A DNA stretch of 64,000 nt, from the NCBI GenBank assembly GCA_035571875.1, contig DATNBR010000027.1, forward strand, positions 3,780 through 67,779. Reading direction: 5' to 3'. Both the position numbers and the translations under genes were made by a program. Position 1 is the stretch's first letter. Each line of letters starts with the position of its first letter. The notes beneath the pieces were generated by a model. It was given only the letters and a program-made list of their open reading frames with translations, was not told the DNA's origin and made no database searches. This document shows, one piece after another, positions 16,031 through 24,599 of the stretch. Source of the DNA: Lacisediminihabitans sp. GTDB taxonomy: Bacteria > Actinomycetota > Actinomycetes > Actinomycetales > Microbacteriaceae.

Positions 16031-16996
16031 TCAGTGCCGCGCATCCCCCGAGACCTGCGCCACGAGGTGCGGCAGCAGTTCGTCGAGTACGGCGAGGCCG
16101 TCCTTGACCCCGCCGCGCGATCCGGGCAGATTCACGACGACGGTCCGGCCCGCGACACCGACGAGTCCGCGGCTCAGCGCGGCCATCGGCGTCGACCCCA
16201 GGCCCTTCGCGCGCAGCGCCTCGGCAACGCCTGGCAGCTCGCGATCGAGGATCGCGGCGGTCGCCTCCGGGGTTTGGTCGGTGGGGGAGACGCCCGTGCC
16301 GCCTGTCGTGACAATGACGGCCGGGGCAGTCTGGGCGACGCGAGCCAACTCGGCGGCGATCCCGGCATCCGGCACAACGCTCACCTCGTCCACCGCGTAG
16401 CCATGATCCGAAAGCCACGAGGCGATCACGGGCCCGGTCGTGTCGGGCCGCTCGCCGCTCGCACCGGTTGTCGAGGCCACGACCACCGTGGCCGTGCCCG
16501 GACGCACCGCCGCCGGCGCGACCACGCCATCCCGCGTCCAGTTGCCGCGCTTGCCGCCGCTCTTGCTGACGAGCCGGATGTCGCCCAGCACCGCCGCAGG
16601 ATCGACCGCCTTGATCATGTCGTGCAGCGTGAGTCCCGCGACCGCCACCGCGGTGAGCGCCTCCATTTCGACCCCGGTGCGGCCGAAGGTCTTCGCCGTC
16701 GCCTCGATCGCGATGGAGTCCTCGGCCAACTCGAACGACACCTTCACCGAGTTGAGGTTCAACTGGTGGCACAGCGGGATGAGTTCGGAGGTCTTCTTGG
16801 CCCCGTTGATGCCCGCGATCCGAGCCGTCGACAGCACGTCGGCCTTCGGCATGCCGTCGGCACGCACGAGCGCGATGACCTCCGGCGTGCTGGTGATGCG
16901 GCCTGCCGCGGTCGCGACGCGACTGGTCTCGGCCTTGTCGCCGACATCCACCATCCTGGCTCGTCCGTCGGAGTCGAGGTGCGAAAGCTCATTCAT
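16031..16996 (-). CDS. moaC: Bifunctional MoaC (cyclic pyranopterin monophosphate synthase) / MogA-MoaB-type fusion protein
   Basis: From ATG 16996 (MNELSHLD...). The N-terminal half carries MoaC motifs (MVDVGDK, ELIPLCHQL, GVEMEALTAV). The C-terminal half is MogA/MoaB-like (VIVTTGGTGVSPTDQTPEA). ATGA overlap with the moeA stop. The track ORF runs on to 17884, but that extension overlaps moeA out of frame. Confidence 0.85.
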   Translation of the reverse strand: MNELSHLDSDGRARMVDVGDKAETSRVATAAGRITSTPEVIALVRADGMPKADVLSTARIAGINGAKKTSELIPLCHQLNLNSVKVSFELAEDSIAIEATAKTFGRTGVEMEALTAVAVAGLTLHDMIKAVDPAAVLGDIRLVSKSGGKRGNWTRDGVVAPAAVRPGTATVVVASTTGASGERPDTTGPVIASWLSDHGYAVDEVSVVPDAGIAAELARVAQTAPAVIVTTGGTGVSPTDQTPEATAAILDRELPGVAEALRAKGLGSTPMAALSRGLVGVAGRTVVVNLPGSRGGVKDGLAVLDELLPHLVAQVSGDARH

Positions 16997-18207
16997 AGTG
17001 ACCAGACTCTCACGGTCTCGCCCGCCGCAAGCTCGGTAACGTCGGCTGGAATGTCGACCAGCACATCCGCCCGGGCCATGGCCGCAACAAGGTGCGAGCT
17101 GGGGCCGGAGACCAGCGCCACAGTGCCGCCCGAACCGAGCCGCCCGCGCAGAAACTGTCGCTTGCCGGCGACGGAGCGCAGGTCTGCCGCGAGCGTGCGT
17201 TCGCTGGTGACGCCGGCCCCGCGCCCCGCGGCCTCGAGCAGCAGTGGCCGCGCGAAGATCGCGAACGACACCTGCGTGCTCACCGGGTTGCCGGGAAAGC
17301 ACAGCACCGGAACGCCGTTCACGACCGCCGTCGCCTGCGGACCGCCGGGTTGCATGGCGACATGACCGACGGATGCGCCGAGCGGCCCCACGGTCTCGCG
17401 CACCACCTCGTACGCGCCCTCCGAGATGCCGCCGGAGGTGATGACGAGGTCGGCCGCGGCGGTCGCACGATCCAGGATGTCGCGGAACACGGGCGTCTCG
17501 TCGCTGCTGCGCTCGGCGAGCACGAGTTCGGCGCCGGTCTCGGTGACCGCGGCGGAGAGAGCGGTGAGGTTCGAGTCGAAGATCTGGCCCGGCTTCGGCG
17601 AATCGCCGGGAGCGACAAGTTCGGCCCCGGTGCTGATGACCGCAACACGGAGCCTGCGTCGCACCGCGACCGCGGTGATCCCCGCGGCGGCGAGGGCGGC
17701 GAGGTGGCGTGCGCCGAGCGGCTGCCCCGCAGGCAGCAGCTCCGATCCCGCGGCGAGGTCGCTCGCGCGATCCCGCACGAAGTCCCCGGATGCCCGCCCC
17801 ACGAGAATTCGAATCGTCGCGCCATCGAGCGGCTCGGCCCCGACGCCCGGCGCAAGCTCGACGTCTTCGACAGGCACGACGCAATCGGCACCCTCGGGCA
17901 CCACGGCGCCGGTCATGATCCTGGCGGCGGTCCCGACGGCCAGCACCGGTGGACTCGCGGGACCGGCCGGGATGTCTCCGATGATGGGCAGGCTCACGGG
18001 AAGCTGGGCGAGGTCGGCGGAGTGCACGGCATAGCCGTCCATCTGCGAATTACGGAAGAGGGGAAGATCGATGGGCGAGCGCACGGCGGAGGCCGTGACC
18101 CTGCCGAGTGACTCGATCAGCGGCACCTCGACCGCGGCATCCGTGGCCCGCAGCGCCTCTGCGAGGAGCGTCCTGATGTGCTGAGCGTGTTCTTCGACCG
18201 AGGTCAT
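16993..18207 (-). CDS. moeA: Molybdopterin molybdotransferase MoeA
   Basis: 404 aa. FRNSQMDGYAV, IMTGAVVPEGADCVVPVE, VITSGGISEGAYEVV are typical MoeA/gephyrin-E motifs. Confidence 0.9.
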   Translation of the reverse strand: MTSVEEHAQHIRTLLAEALRATDAAVEVPLIESLGRVTASAVRSPIDLPLFRNSQMDGYAVHSADLAQLPVSLPIIGDIPAGPASPPVLAVGTAARIMTGAVVPEGADCVVPVEDVELAPGVGAEPLDGATIRILVGRASGDFVRDRASDLAAGSELLPAGQPLGARHLAALAAAGITAVAVRRRLRVAVISTGAELVAPGDSPKPGQIFDSNLTALSAAVTETGAELVLAERSSDETPVFRDILDRATAAADLVITSGGISEGAYEVVRETVGPLGASVGHVAMQPGGPQATAVVNGVPVLCFPGNPVSTQVSFAIFARPLLLEAAGRGAGVTSERTLAADLRSVAGKRQFLRGRLGSGGTVALVSGPSSHLVAAMARADVLVDIPADVTELAAGETVRVWSL

Positions 18208-18240
18208 TGTCGTCTTTCTTCCGCGATGGAGGGAGGTCCC

Positions 18241-18288
18241 CGCGGTTAAACCCTAGCCGCGGAATTGAATCGCAAACGCGGATTAAAC
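18241..18288. promoter_or_regulatory. Three direct CGCGG(A/T)-T/A-rich repeats in the moeA / regulator divergent region
   Basis: CGCGGTTAAAC (18241..18251), CGCGGAATTGAAT (18258..18270), CGCGGATTAAAC (18277..18288). This is the most AT-rich patch of the 128-nt intergenic region. Confidence 0.4.
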
Positions 18289-18335
18289 ACGGCAAAAGGT
18301 TCTCAAAAGCGGAGCATGGCGGGTAATCTCGAAGC

Positions 18336-18740
18336 ATGACACACCATTGGTTCCGAGTGAGCGAGGCCGCGGCCCTGCTCGGCGTGAGCGACGACACCGT
18401 GCGGCGCTGGGCAGAAGCCGGAAAGCTCAGGCTCGTGAAGGGTGACAACGGACCGTCGCTCGTAGACGGGAAGGAACTCGCCGCTCTCGCACAGGCTAAC
18501 GCGCAGGACACGGCGACGGGTGCCGACGGGTCACGTAGCTCTGCGAGGAACCGGCTTCGCGGCATCGTGACGAAGGTGACGAAGGACACCGTGATGGCCC
18601 AGGTCGAGCTGCAGGCCGGGCCGTTCCGCGTCGTCTCGCTCATGAGCCGCGAGGCGGTCGACGAGCTGCGGCTCGAGGTCGGTTCGTTGGCCATCGCGAG
18701 CGTCAAGGCCACGACGGTCGTCATCGACGTGCCCCAGTGA
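18336..18740 (+). CDS. MerR/excisionase-type HTH fused to a single TOBE (Mop) domain: putative molybdate-responsive regulator
   Basis: 134 aa. N-terminal FRVSEAAALLGVSDDTVRRWAEAGKL (HTH_17-like). C-terminal SARNRLRGIVTKVTKDTVMAQVELQAGPFRVVSLMS...GSLAIASVKATTVVI (TOBE/Mop). Overlaps the modA start. Confidence 0.8.
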   Translation: MTHHWFRVSEAAALLGVSDDTVRRWAEAGKLRLVKGDNGPSLVDGKELAALAQANAQDTATGADGSRSSARNRLRGIVTKVTKDTVMAQVELQAGPFRVVSLMSREAVDELRLEVGSLAIASVKATTVVIDVPQ

Positions 18741-19546
18741 GCTCCATGAGAGTTTCGCGCGCTGCTCTCGTGACCGCGATCGCCGCCCTCGCGCTGGGGC
18801 TCACGGCGTGCGGTACCTCGACGACCCCGGCATCCGCACCGTCGACGAAGGCGGAACTCTCCGGAACGCTCGTGGTCGATGCGGCGGCCTCTCTCACCGA
18901 GAGCTTCCAGAGGCTCGGCGAGCGGTTCCACGCCGAGCACCCGGGCGTCACGGTCACCTTCAACTTCGGTGGAAGTTCCGGGCTGGCCGCCCAGATCGTC
19001 TCCGGTGCGCCGGTGGACGTCTTCGCCTCGGCGAGCCCCGCGACCATGAAGACCGTGACGGATGCCGCGGTCACGAGCGCGACGCCCGTCGTCTTCGTGC
19101 GCAATCGACTCGAGATCGCGGTGCCGCCCTCGAATCCGGGCCACATCACCGGGCTCAAGGACCTCGCGGACCCGGCGAAGACGATCGCCCTGTGCGCGCC
19201 AGAGGTGCCCTGCGGCGCAGCTGCGGTGACGGTATTCAAAAACGCGGGCTTGACCGCGGCTCCCGACACGCTGGAGCAGGACGTGAAGGCGGCGCTCACC
19301 AAGGTGCAGCTGGGCGAGGTGGATGCGGCCCTCGTCTACCGCACGGACGTCACGGCGGCGGGCTCGAACGTCAGAGGCATCCCCTTCCCGGAGTCCGGCA
19401 CGGCGATCAACGACTACCTCATCGCTCCGCTGAAGGGTTCCGGCGACGAGAGGCTCGCGCGCGCCTTCGTGGCGTTTGTGATCGGTGAGCACGGGAAGTC
19501 CGTGTTCGCGGGAGCCGGCTTCGATCTGCCGAAGGGCGCGAAGTGA
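18737..19546 (+). CDS. modA: Molybdate ABC transporter substrate-binding lipoprotein ModA
   Basis: Lipobox LALGLTACG and a ModA-like sequence (FNFGGSSGLAAQI...DVFASAS). Start is either GTG 18737 (GTGA overlap) or ATG 18746. Confidence 0.9.
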   Translation: MSSMRVSRAALVTAIAALALGLTACGTSTTPASAPSTKAELSGTLVVDAAASLTESFQRLGERFHAEHPGVTVTFNFGGSSGLAAQIVSGAPVDVFASASPATMKTVTDAAVTSATPVVFVRNRLEIAVPPSNPGHITGLKDLADPAKTIALCAPEVPCGAAAVTVFKNAGLTAAPDTLEQDVKAALTKVQLGEVDAALVYRTDVTAAGSNVRGIPFPESGTAINDYLIAPLKGSGDERLARAFVAFVIGEHGKSVFAGAGFDLPKGAK

Positions 19547-20364
19547 CGAACCGGGGGAGTGACGCTCGAGGATCCGGCATCCCCGGCGTGCTCTGGTTGC
19601 CCGCAGGCCTCGCGCTCTGCTTCCTCCTCCTGCCGCTCCTCGCGCTCGTCGTGCGGGCCCCCTGGGCGACCCTTCCCGAGCAGTTGCTCAACCCGGTGAT
19701 CGGCTCCGCTCTCGTGCTGTCCCTCGTGAGCGCGCTCTGTGCCACGGCGCTGTGCCTCGTGCTCGGCATCCCGCTCGCCTGGGTACTCGCGCGCTCGCAC
19801 GGGTGGGCCGCCGTGCCGCGCCGGGTGCTCCGCGCACTCGTGCTCGTGCCGCTCGTTCTCCCGCCCGTGGTCGGCGGTGTCGCCCTGTTGCTCCTGCTCG
19901 GGCGGAATGGCCTGCTCGGGCAGTACCTGGATCAATGGTTCGGCATCACCATTCCGTTCACGACGCCGGCCGTGGTGATCGCTGAGGCCTTTGTGGCCAT
20001 GCCCTTCCTTGTGCTCGCGGTCGAGGGCGCGCTGCGAGGTGCAGATCGCAGGTTCGAAGACGTCGCCGCGACCCTCGGCGCCTCACGCTGGTACATCTTC
20101 CGCCGGGTGACCCTTCCGCTCGTCGTGCCCGGCATCGCCGCCGGCGCCGTACTGTGCTTCGCGCGGGCGCTGGGCGAGTTCGGGGCCACGATCACCTTTG
20201 CGGGCAGCTTCCCAGGCGTGACCCAGACCATGCCGATTTCGGCATATCTCGCCATGCAGACGAATCCCGATGGCGCCATCGTGATCTCCCTCGTGCTGCT
20301 CCTCGTGTCTGTCGTCGTGCTCGCGAGCCTGCGCGACAAGTGGATCTCGGGAGTCGCGGCGTGA
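19543..20364 (+). CDS. modB: Molybdate ABC transporter permease ModB
   Basis: 273 aa polytopic protein with the EAA-type loop (AATLGASRWYIFRRVTLP). GTGA overlap with modA. Confidence 0.9.
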   Translation: MTNRGSDARGSGIPGVLWLPAGLALCFLLLPLLALVVRAPWATLPEQLLNPVIGSALVLSLVSALCATALCLVLGIPLAWVLARSHGWAAVPRRVLRALVLVPLVLPPVVGGVALLLLLGRNGLLGQYLDQWFGITIPFTTPAVVIAEAFVAMPFLVLAVEGALRGADRRFEDVAATLGASRWYIFRRVTLPLVVPGIAAGAVLCFARALGEFGATITFAGSFPGVTQTMPISAYLAMQTNPDGAIVISLVLLLVSVVVLASLRDKWISGVAA

Positions 20365-21341
20365 GCGAGCTCGGCGAAGGACTCTCCGCCGACTTCAGCG
20401 TCGAGCGAGTCGGATTCTCGCTGTCGCTGTCGCTGCACATTCCGCCCGGTCGCACGGTGGCGCTGCTCGGCCCGAACGGTGCGGGCAAATCGAGCACGCT
20501 GCGCGCTCTCGCCGGGCTTCTTCGACCGGCCGGTGGCAGTATCCGGCTCGATGGAAGGACCTTCGACGATGCGGGCGTGCACCTCGACCCGGAGCGCCGG
20601 GGGGTCGGGTTCGTGTTCCAGGAGTACCTGTTGTTCCCGCACCTGAGTGCGCTTGAGAACGTCGCCTTCGGGCTGCGCGCCAGGGGCGTTCCCCGGGCGG
20701 AGGCGCGGGAGCGAGCCCGCGTCTGGCTCGAGCGAGTCGGTCTCGAACGCTTCGCCGAGGCACGCCCGGCGCAGCTCTCCGGCGGCCAGGCGCAGCGGGT
20801 CGCTCTCGCGAGAGCGCTCGTCGGCGAACCACGCCTCCTGCTGCTCGACGAACCTCTCGCCGCGCTCGACGCATCCGTCCGAGCGGAACTGCGCACCGAA
20901 CTCGCACTCCACCTGCGCGACTACGACGGATGCGCGGTCGTCGTCACACATGACGCGCTCGATGCGCTCGTGCTCGGCGACGAACTCGTGGTGATCGAGA
21001 ACGGCGGCGTCGTGCAGCGCGGCACGCCGCTCGACGTCGCACGCGCACCGCAGACGGACTACGTCGCGCGGCTCATGGGCCTCAACCTCGTCGGTGGAGA
21101 GGCGTTCGCGCCGAGCACCGTGACGGTGCAACGATCCCCGGATGCCGACTCGCGCTGGGAGGGCGAGGTCACGAGCGTCGAGCATCGCCTCGGTCTCGTG
21201 CGGGTCGCCGTGCGGGTCGCGGCGAAAACGATCCTCGCGGACGTGTCTGCAGCCACACTCGCCGAGCTGCGCCTCGCGCCAGGTGACAGTGTCTGGCTGA
21301 GCGTGCGCGTGCCCGAGAACGGGGAAGTCAGTTCGACCTGA
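20361..21341 (+). CDS. modC: Molybdate ABC transporter ATP-binding protein ModC with C-terminal TOBE-like domain
   Basis: Start GTG 20361 (GTGA overlap with modB). Walker A GPNGAGKS, signature LSGGQAQRV, Walker B LLLLDEP. The track ORF start at 20154 lies inside modB. Confidence 0.85.
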   Translation: MSELGEGLSADFSVERVGFSLSLSLHIPPGRTVALLGPNGAGKSSTLRALAGLLRPAGGSIRLDGRTFDDAGVHLDPERRGVGFVFQEYLLFPHLSALENVAFGLRARGVPRAEARERARVWLERVGLERFAEARPAQLSGGQAQRVALARALVGEPRLLLLDEPLAALDASVRAELRTELALHLRDYDGCAVVVTHDALDALVLGDELVVIENGGVVQRGTPLDVARAPQTDYVARLMGLNLVGGEAFAPSTVTVQRSPDADSRWEGEVTSVEHRLGLVRVAVRVAAKTILADVSAATLAELRLAPGDSVWLSVRVPENGEVSST

Positions 21342-21352
21342 CCTGCCCGAGT

Positions 21353-21368
21353 GGGGACGTAGGTCCCC
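21353..21368. terminator. Hairpin GGGGAC-GTAG-GTCCCC between convergent modC and the Mo-enzyme gene
   Basis: 6-bp GC stem with a tetraloop, in a 50-nt convergent gap. Confidence 0.45.
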
Positions 21369-21391
21369 GCGTGCAAGGGCCGAGGTCTGGT

Positions 21392-22999
21392 TCAGCCGAC
21401 GGTGACGTCGATGCTGTGCAGCCCGGTGGCGCCATTCGGAACGACGTCGGCGACCTTCGCCGTCTGAACCCTGCCGTTCGCGTCGGCCGCCCGCACGGTC
21501 AGCACATGGTGACCAGTCTTGGCTGGCCAGTCCCACCTCCACTGACGCCAGGTGTCGGCGGAGATCGCGTCGGCCAGTTGCGCGGCGTACCACGGTCCGT
21601 CGTCGACCTTCACCTGCACCGCGCTGATGCCCGTGTGCTGACACCAGGCGACCCCCGCGACGGTCACGATGCCCGCCTCCACCGGACCGCCCCCGTCGCG
21701 CGGAACGTCGATGCGCGAGGAGAGCTTCACGGGCCCGCGCTGTGACCAGCCGCGCTCGGTCCAGTAGGCCGCGTGCTTCGCAAAGGTCGTGACCTCCAGC
21801 GTGGTGACCCACTTCGTCGCGGAGACGTAGCCGTAGAGGCCCGGGACGACCATCCGCACCGGATAGCCGTGCTCGAACGGTAACGGCTTGCCGTTCATGC
21901 CGAGGGCGAGGATTGCGTTGCGGTTGTCGGTGAGGGCATCGAGCGGCGAACTCGCGGTGAAGCCATCGACGCTCGTGGAGAGCACCATGTCTGCGCCGGA
22001 GTGCGGGCGGGCTCTGTTGAGCAGTTCGCGGATGGGGTAGCCGAGCCACTTCGCGTTGCCGATGAGATCACCACCGACATAGTTCGAGACGCAGGCGAGC
22101 GTCGTGTAGCTCTCCTCCAAAGGGAGAGCTGCGAGCTCGTCGAAGTCGATGCTGATCTCCTCGTCGACCATGCCGACGATCTGCAGCTTCCACTGCTTCG
22201 GGTCGACCACGGGAACCTGCAGCGCGGTGTCGATGCGGTAGAACTCGCTATTCGGCGTGACGAGGGGCGAGAGACCTTCGATCTCGAATGCGGCGCTGGT
22301 GGGCACGGCGGGCGCGGCGGTGGCCGGGGAAGGGAGCTTGAACGCCGTTCGCACGCTCTGCGTGGCGCGCTGACCCGCCGTGAGCATCCGCCCGCCGACG
22401 ATCGCGAGGATGCCGAGCCCGGCACTCACGCCCGCGGCGACGAGGAATCGACGGCGTGATTCTGACGACGGTGCGGGATCGGTGCGCACCGCTTCCGCAC
22501 GCCGGGCGAGAAGGCGCAGCACGAGCACGGCGACGACGATGGCGACGATGGAGGGCAGTGCGGCGAGCTGGCCGGCGCTCGCCCTCGTGACCGCGGCGAC
22601 GATGCCGACCAGGCCGACCACCGCGATGAGAGCCCGGCCCCACGGGCTGCGTGAGCGTTCGATCACGCCCGCGGCCGCCGCGATGACCGCCACCACGATG
22701 GCGAGGGTCACGAGGAGCACCAGTTTGTCTGCGGTGCCGAAGAGCGCGATCACGGCATCCTTCACCCAGCCGGGCACGATGTCGATGACGAAGGAACCGA
22801 CGACGAGCAGCGGGCTCGCCGCGGGTGCGAAGAGGGCGGCGACCAGTTCGGCCGCACCGAGACCGGCGACGACCGCGGCGACGCCCGCGAGCGCAGACCA
22901 CCAGGGCCTCCGCGGGGAATCGAGCGTGGCGGGCTCCTCGGGCGACGGAGAATCGTCGACCGGACCGTCCCGCTCTGGACCGCGCTGCTGTGGCGTCAT
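21392..22999 (-). CDS. Polytopic membrane sulfite-oxidase-family molybdoenzyme (Mo-binding plus Moco dimerisation/Ig-like domains) with an internal twin-arginine motif
   Basis: 535 aa. About five N-terminal TM helices, then SRRRFLVAAGVSAGLGILAIVGG (aa 181-203). Mo domain with TLACVSNYVGG (Cys ligand context). C-terminal Ig-like domain. Confidence 0.8.
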   Translation of the reverse strand: MTPQQRGPERDGPVDDSPSPEEPATLDSPRRPWWSALAGVAAVVAGLGAAELVAALFAPAASPLLVVGSFVIDIVPGWVKDAVIALFGTADKLVLLVTLAIVVAVIAAAAGVIERSRSPWGRALIAVVGLVGIVAAVTRASAGQLAALPSIVAIVVAVLVLRLLARRAEAVRTDPAPSSESRRRFLVAAGVSAGLGILAIVGGRMLTAGQRATQSVRTAFKLPSPATAAPAVPTSAAFEIEGLSPLVTPNSEFYRIDTALQVPVVDPKQWKLQIVGMVDEEISIDFDELAALPLEESYTTLACVSNYVGGDLIGNAKWLGYPIRELLNRARPHSGADMVLSTSVDGFTASSPLDALTDNRNAILALGMNGKPLPFEHGYPVRMVVPGLYGYVSATKWVTTLEVTTFAKHAAYWTERGWSQRGPVKLSSRIDVPRDGGGPVEAGIVTVAGVAWCQHTGISAVQVKVDDGPWYAAQLADAISADTWRQWRWDWPAKTGHHVLTVRAADANGRVQTAKVADVVPNGATGLHSIDVTVG

Positions 23000-23093
23000 G
23001 GTGTGCCCAGCATAGGTTCCGCGCGGCCGGCGAGACTGCGTGCGGGCCGAGAGAATGCGGGGCGTCGCTGGGCGCCGCGGCTAGGGTGAAGGC

Positions 23094-23897
23094 GTGAGCG
23101 CAGACTACCTCGTCGCAGAGAAGGGCCCGCGGCGCATTCGCGGGGTTCGCGCTCGCTCCACGCGCAATCGCGTCGGCGGACTGCAACTCACGGTCATCCG
23201 CGTTCCCTTTGCCGGCAGCGGGCATCCGGTCGCGCCCTTCGTGCTCGTGCACGGCATCGGCGTCTCGTCGCGCTACTTCCAGCCCCTCGCGGCCGAGTTG
23301 GCGCAGTACGGCGATGTGATCCTCGTGGACCTGCCCGGGTTCGGTTCGGCCCCGAACCCCCGACGCCCGGTGTCGATCCAGGAGCACGCGGATGTGCTCG
23401 CCGGCGTCCTGGAGCTCGAGGGCATCCGAGCCCCCGTGCTCGTCGGCCATTCGATGGGAACCCAGGTCGTCTCCCGACTCCTCGCGGACCAGCCGGCGCT
23501 CAGCGATCGGCTCGTGTTGCTCGCCCCCACGACGAACCCGGCCGAGCGCACTCTCGGCACCCAACTGCGGCTCCTGCTCGCCGACCTGCCGAGGGAGTCG
23601 GCGATGGCGAATCTCATCGTGGCCACCGACTACCTGTTTCGCTGCGGCATCCCGTACTTCCTGTCTCAGGTACCGAACCTCCTCGACGACCACATCGAGG
23701 AGCGGCTCCCCGGCGTGCGGGCCAGCACGCTCGTGGTGCGCGGTGATCGTGACCCGATCGTGCCGCGCGACTGGGCACGGTCGGTCGCCGCGCTCATCCC
23801 GAACGCGAGCTTTCTCGAGCTCGCCGGCCCGCACGTCGTCATGTATTCGAACCCCGGTGACGTCGCCGTCGCGATCGTCGAACACGCGGCACCGTGA
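23094..23897 (+). CDS. Alpha/beta-fold hydrolase
   Basis: 267 aa. HGIG oxyanion region, nucleophile elbow GHSMG, C-terminal GPH. Confidence 0.8.
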   Translation: MSADYLVAEKGPRRIRGVRARSTRNRVGGLQLTVIRVPFAGSGHPVAPFVLVHGIGVSSRYFQPLAAELAQYGDVILVDLPGFGSAPNPRRPVSIQEHADVLAGVLELEGIRAPVLVGHSMGTQVVSRLLADQPALSDRLVLLAPTTNPAERTLGTQLRLLLADLPRESAMANLIVATDYLFRCGIPYFLSQVPNLLDDHIEERLPGVRASTLVVRGDRDPIVPRDWARSVAALIPNASFLELAGPHVVMYSNPGDVAVAIVEHAAP

Positions 23898-24595
23898 ACG
23901 TCGCGCGCTGGAGCTTGGTCTGGACGCTCGACCACGTCTACGCCGCGCGCGTGCAGCTGCGCTACCTTGCCGACGGCTCGGTGCCCCAGGCCTACCTCGA
24001 CGGCGATGCGCCGCCGGTGCTGTTGCTGCCGGGCGTGTATGAGAACTGGCAGTTTCTTAAACCGGTGGGGGAGCTGCTCAACTCGCTCGGGCATCCGGTG
24101 CATGTCGTGCGCGAGCTGGGATACAACAGGCAGCCGATCGCCGACAGCGCGGAACTGGCCACGCGCATCCTCATCGAGCGCGACCTTCGTCACGTCGTGA
24201 TCGTGGGGCACAGCAAGGGAGGGCTCATCGGCAAACAGCTCATGGTCAAGGATGCCGTGGCCGGGCGAATAGACCGCATGGTCGCCATCAACTCCCCGTT
24301 CTCGGGATCTCGCCTCGCCAGATACGCGCCGGGTGCTCCGTTGCGCGCCTTCCTGCCGTCGAACGAGACCATCGCGACGCTCGCCCAGAACCTCGAGGCC
24401 AACTCCCGCATCACCTCGATCTTCAGCTCCTTCGACCCCGTGATCCCCGAGGGCAGCAGGCTGGATGCCGCCGAGAACGTCGAACTGCCGTTGAGCGGGC
24501 ACTTCCGTCCGCTCGGCAGCCGCGAGCTCCTCGATGCCGTCCGGAGAGCCGTGGAGCGCGGCGCGAGCGCGGGCGGCTCGGCCGGTCCAGAATGA
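23894..24595 (+). CDS. Alpha/beta hydrolase (lipase/esterase-like)
   Basis: 233 aa. Nucleophile elbow VGHSKGG. GTGA overlap with the upstream hydrolase gene. Confidence 0.7.
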   Translation: MNVARWSLVWTLDHVYAARVQLRYLADGSVPQAYLDGDAPPVLLLPGVYENWQFLKPVGELLNSLGHPVHVVRELGYNRQPIADSAELATRILIERDLRHVVIVGHSKGGLIGKQLMVKDAVAGRIDRMVAINSPFSGSRLARYAPGAPLRAFLPSNETIATLAQNLEANSRITSIFSSFDPVIPEGSRLDAAENVELPLSGHFRPLGSRELLDAVRRAVERGASAGGSAGPE

Positions 24596-24599
24596 GAGC

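Noticed and set aside
16997-17884. Upstream 296 codons of the 617-aa ORF 16031..17884
   Set aside because: This part overlaps moeA out of frame and is Arg-rich nonsense. The recognisable MoaC sequence begins at ATG 16996, which forms an ATGA overlap with the moeA stop.
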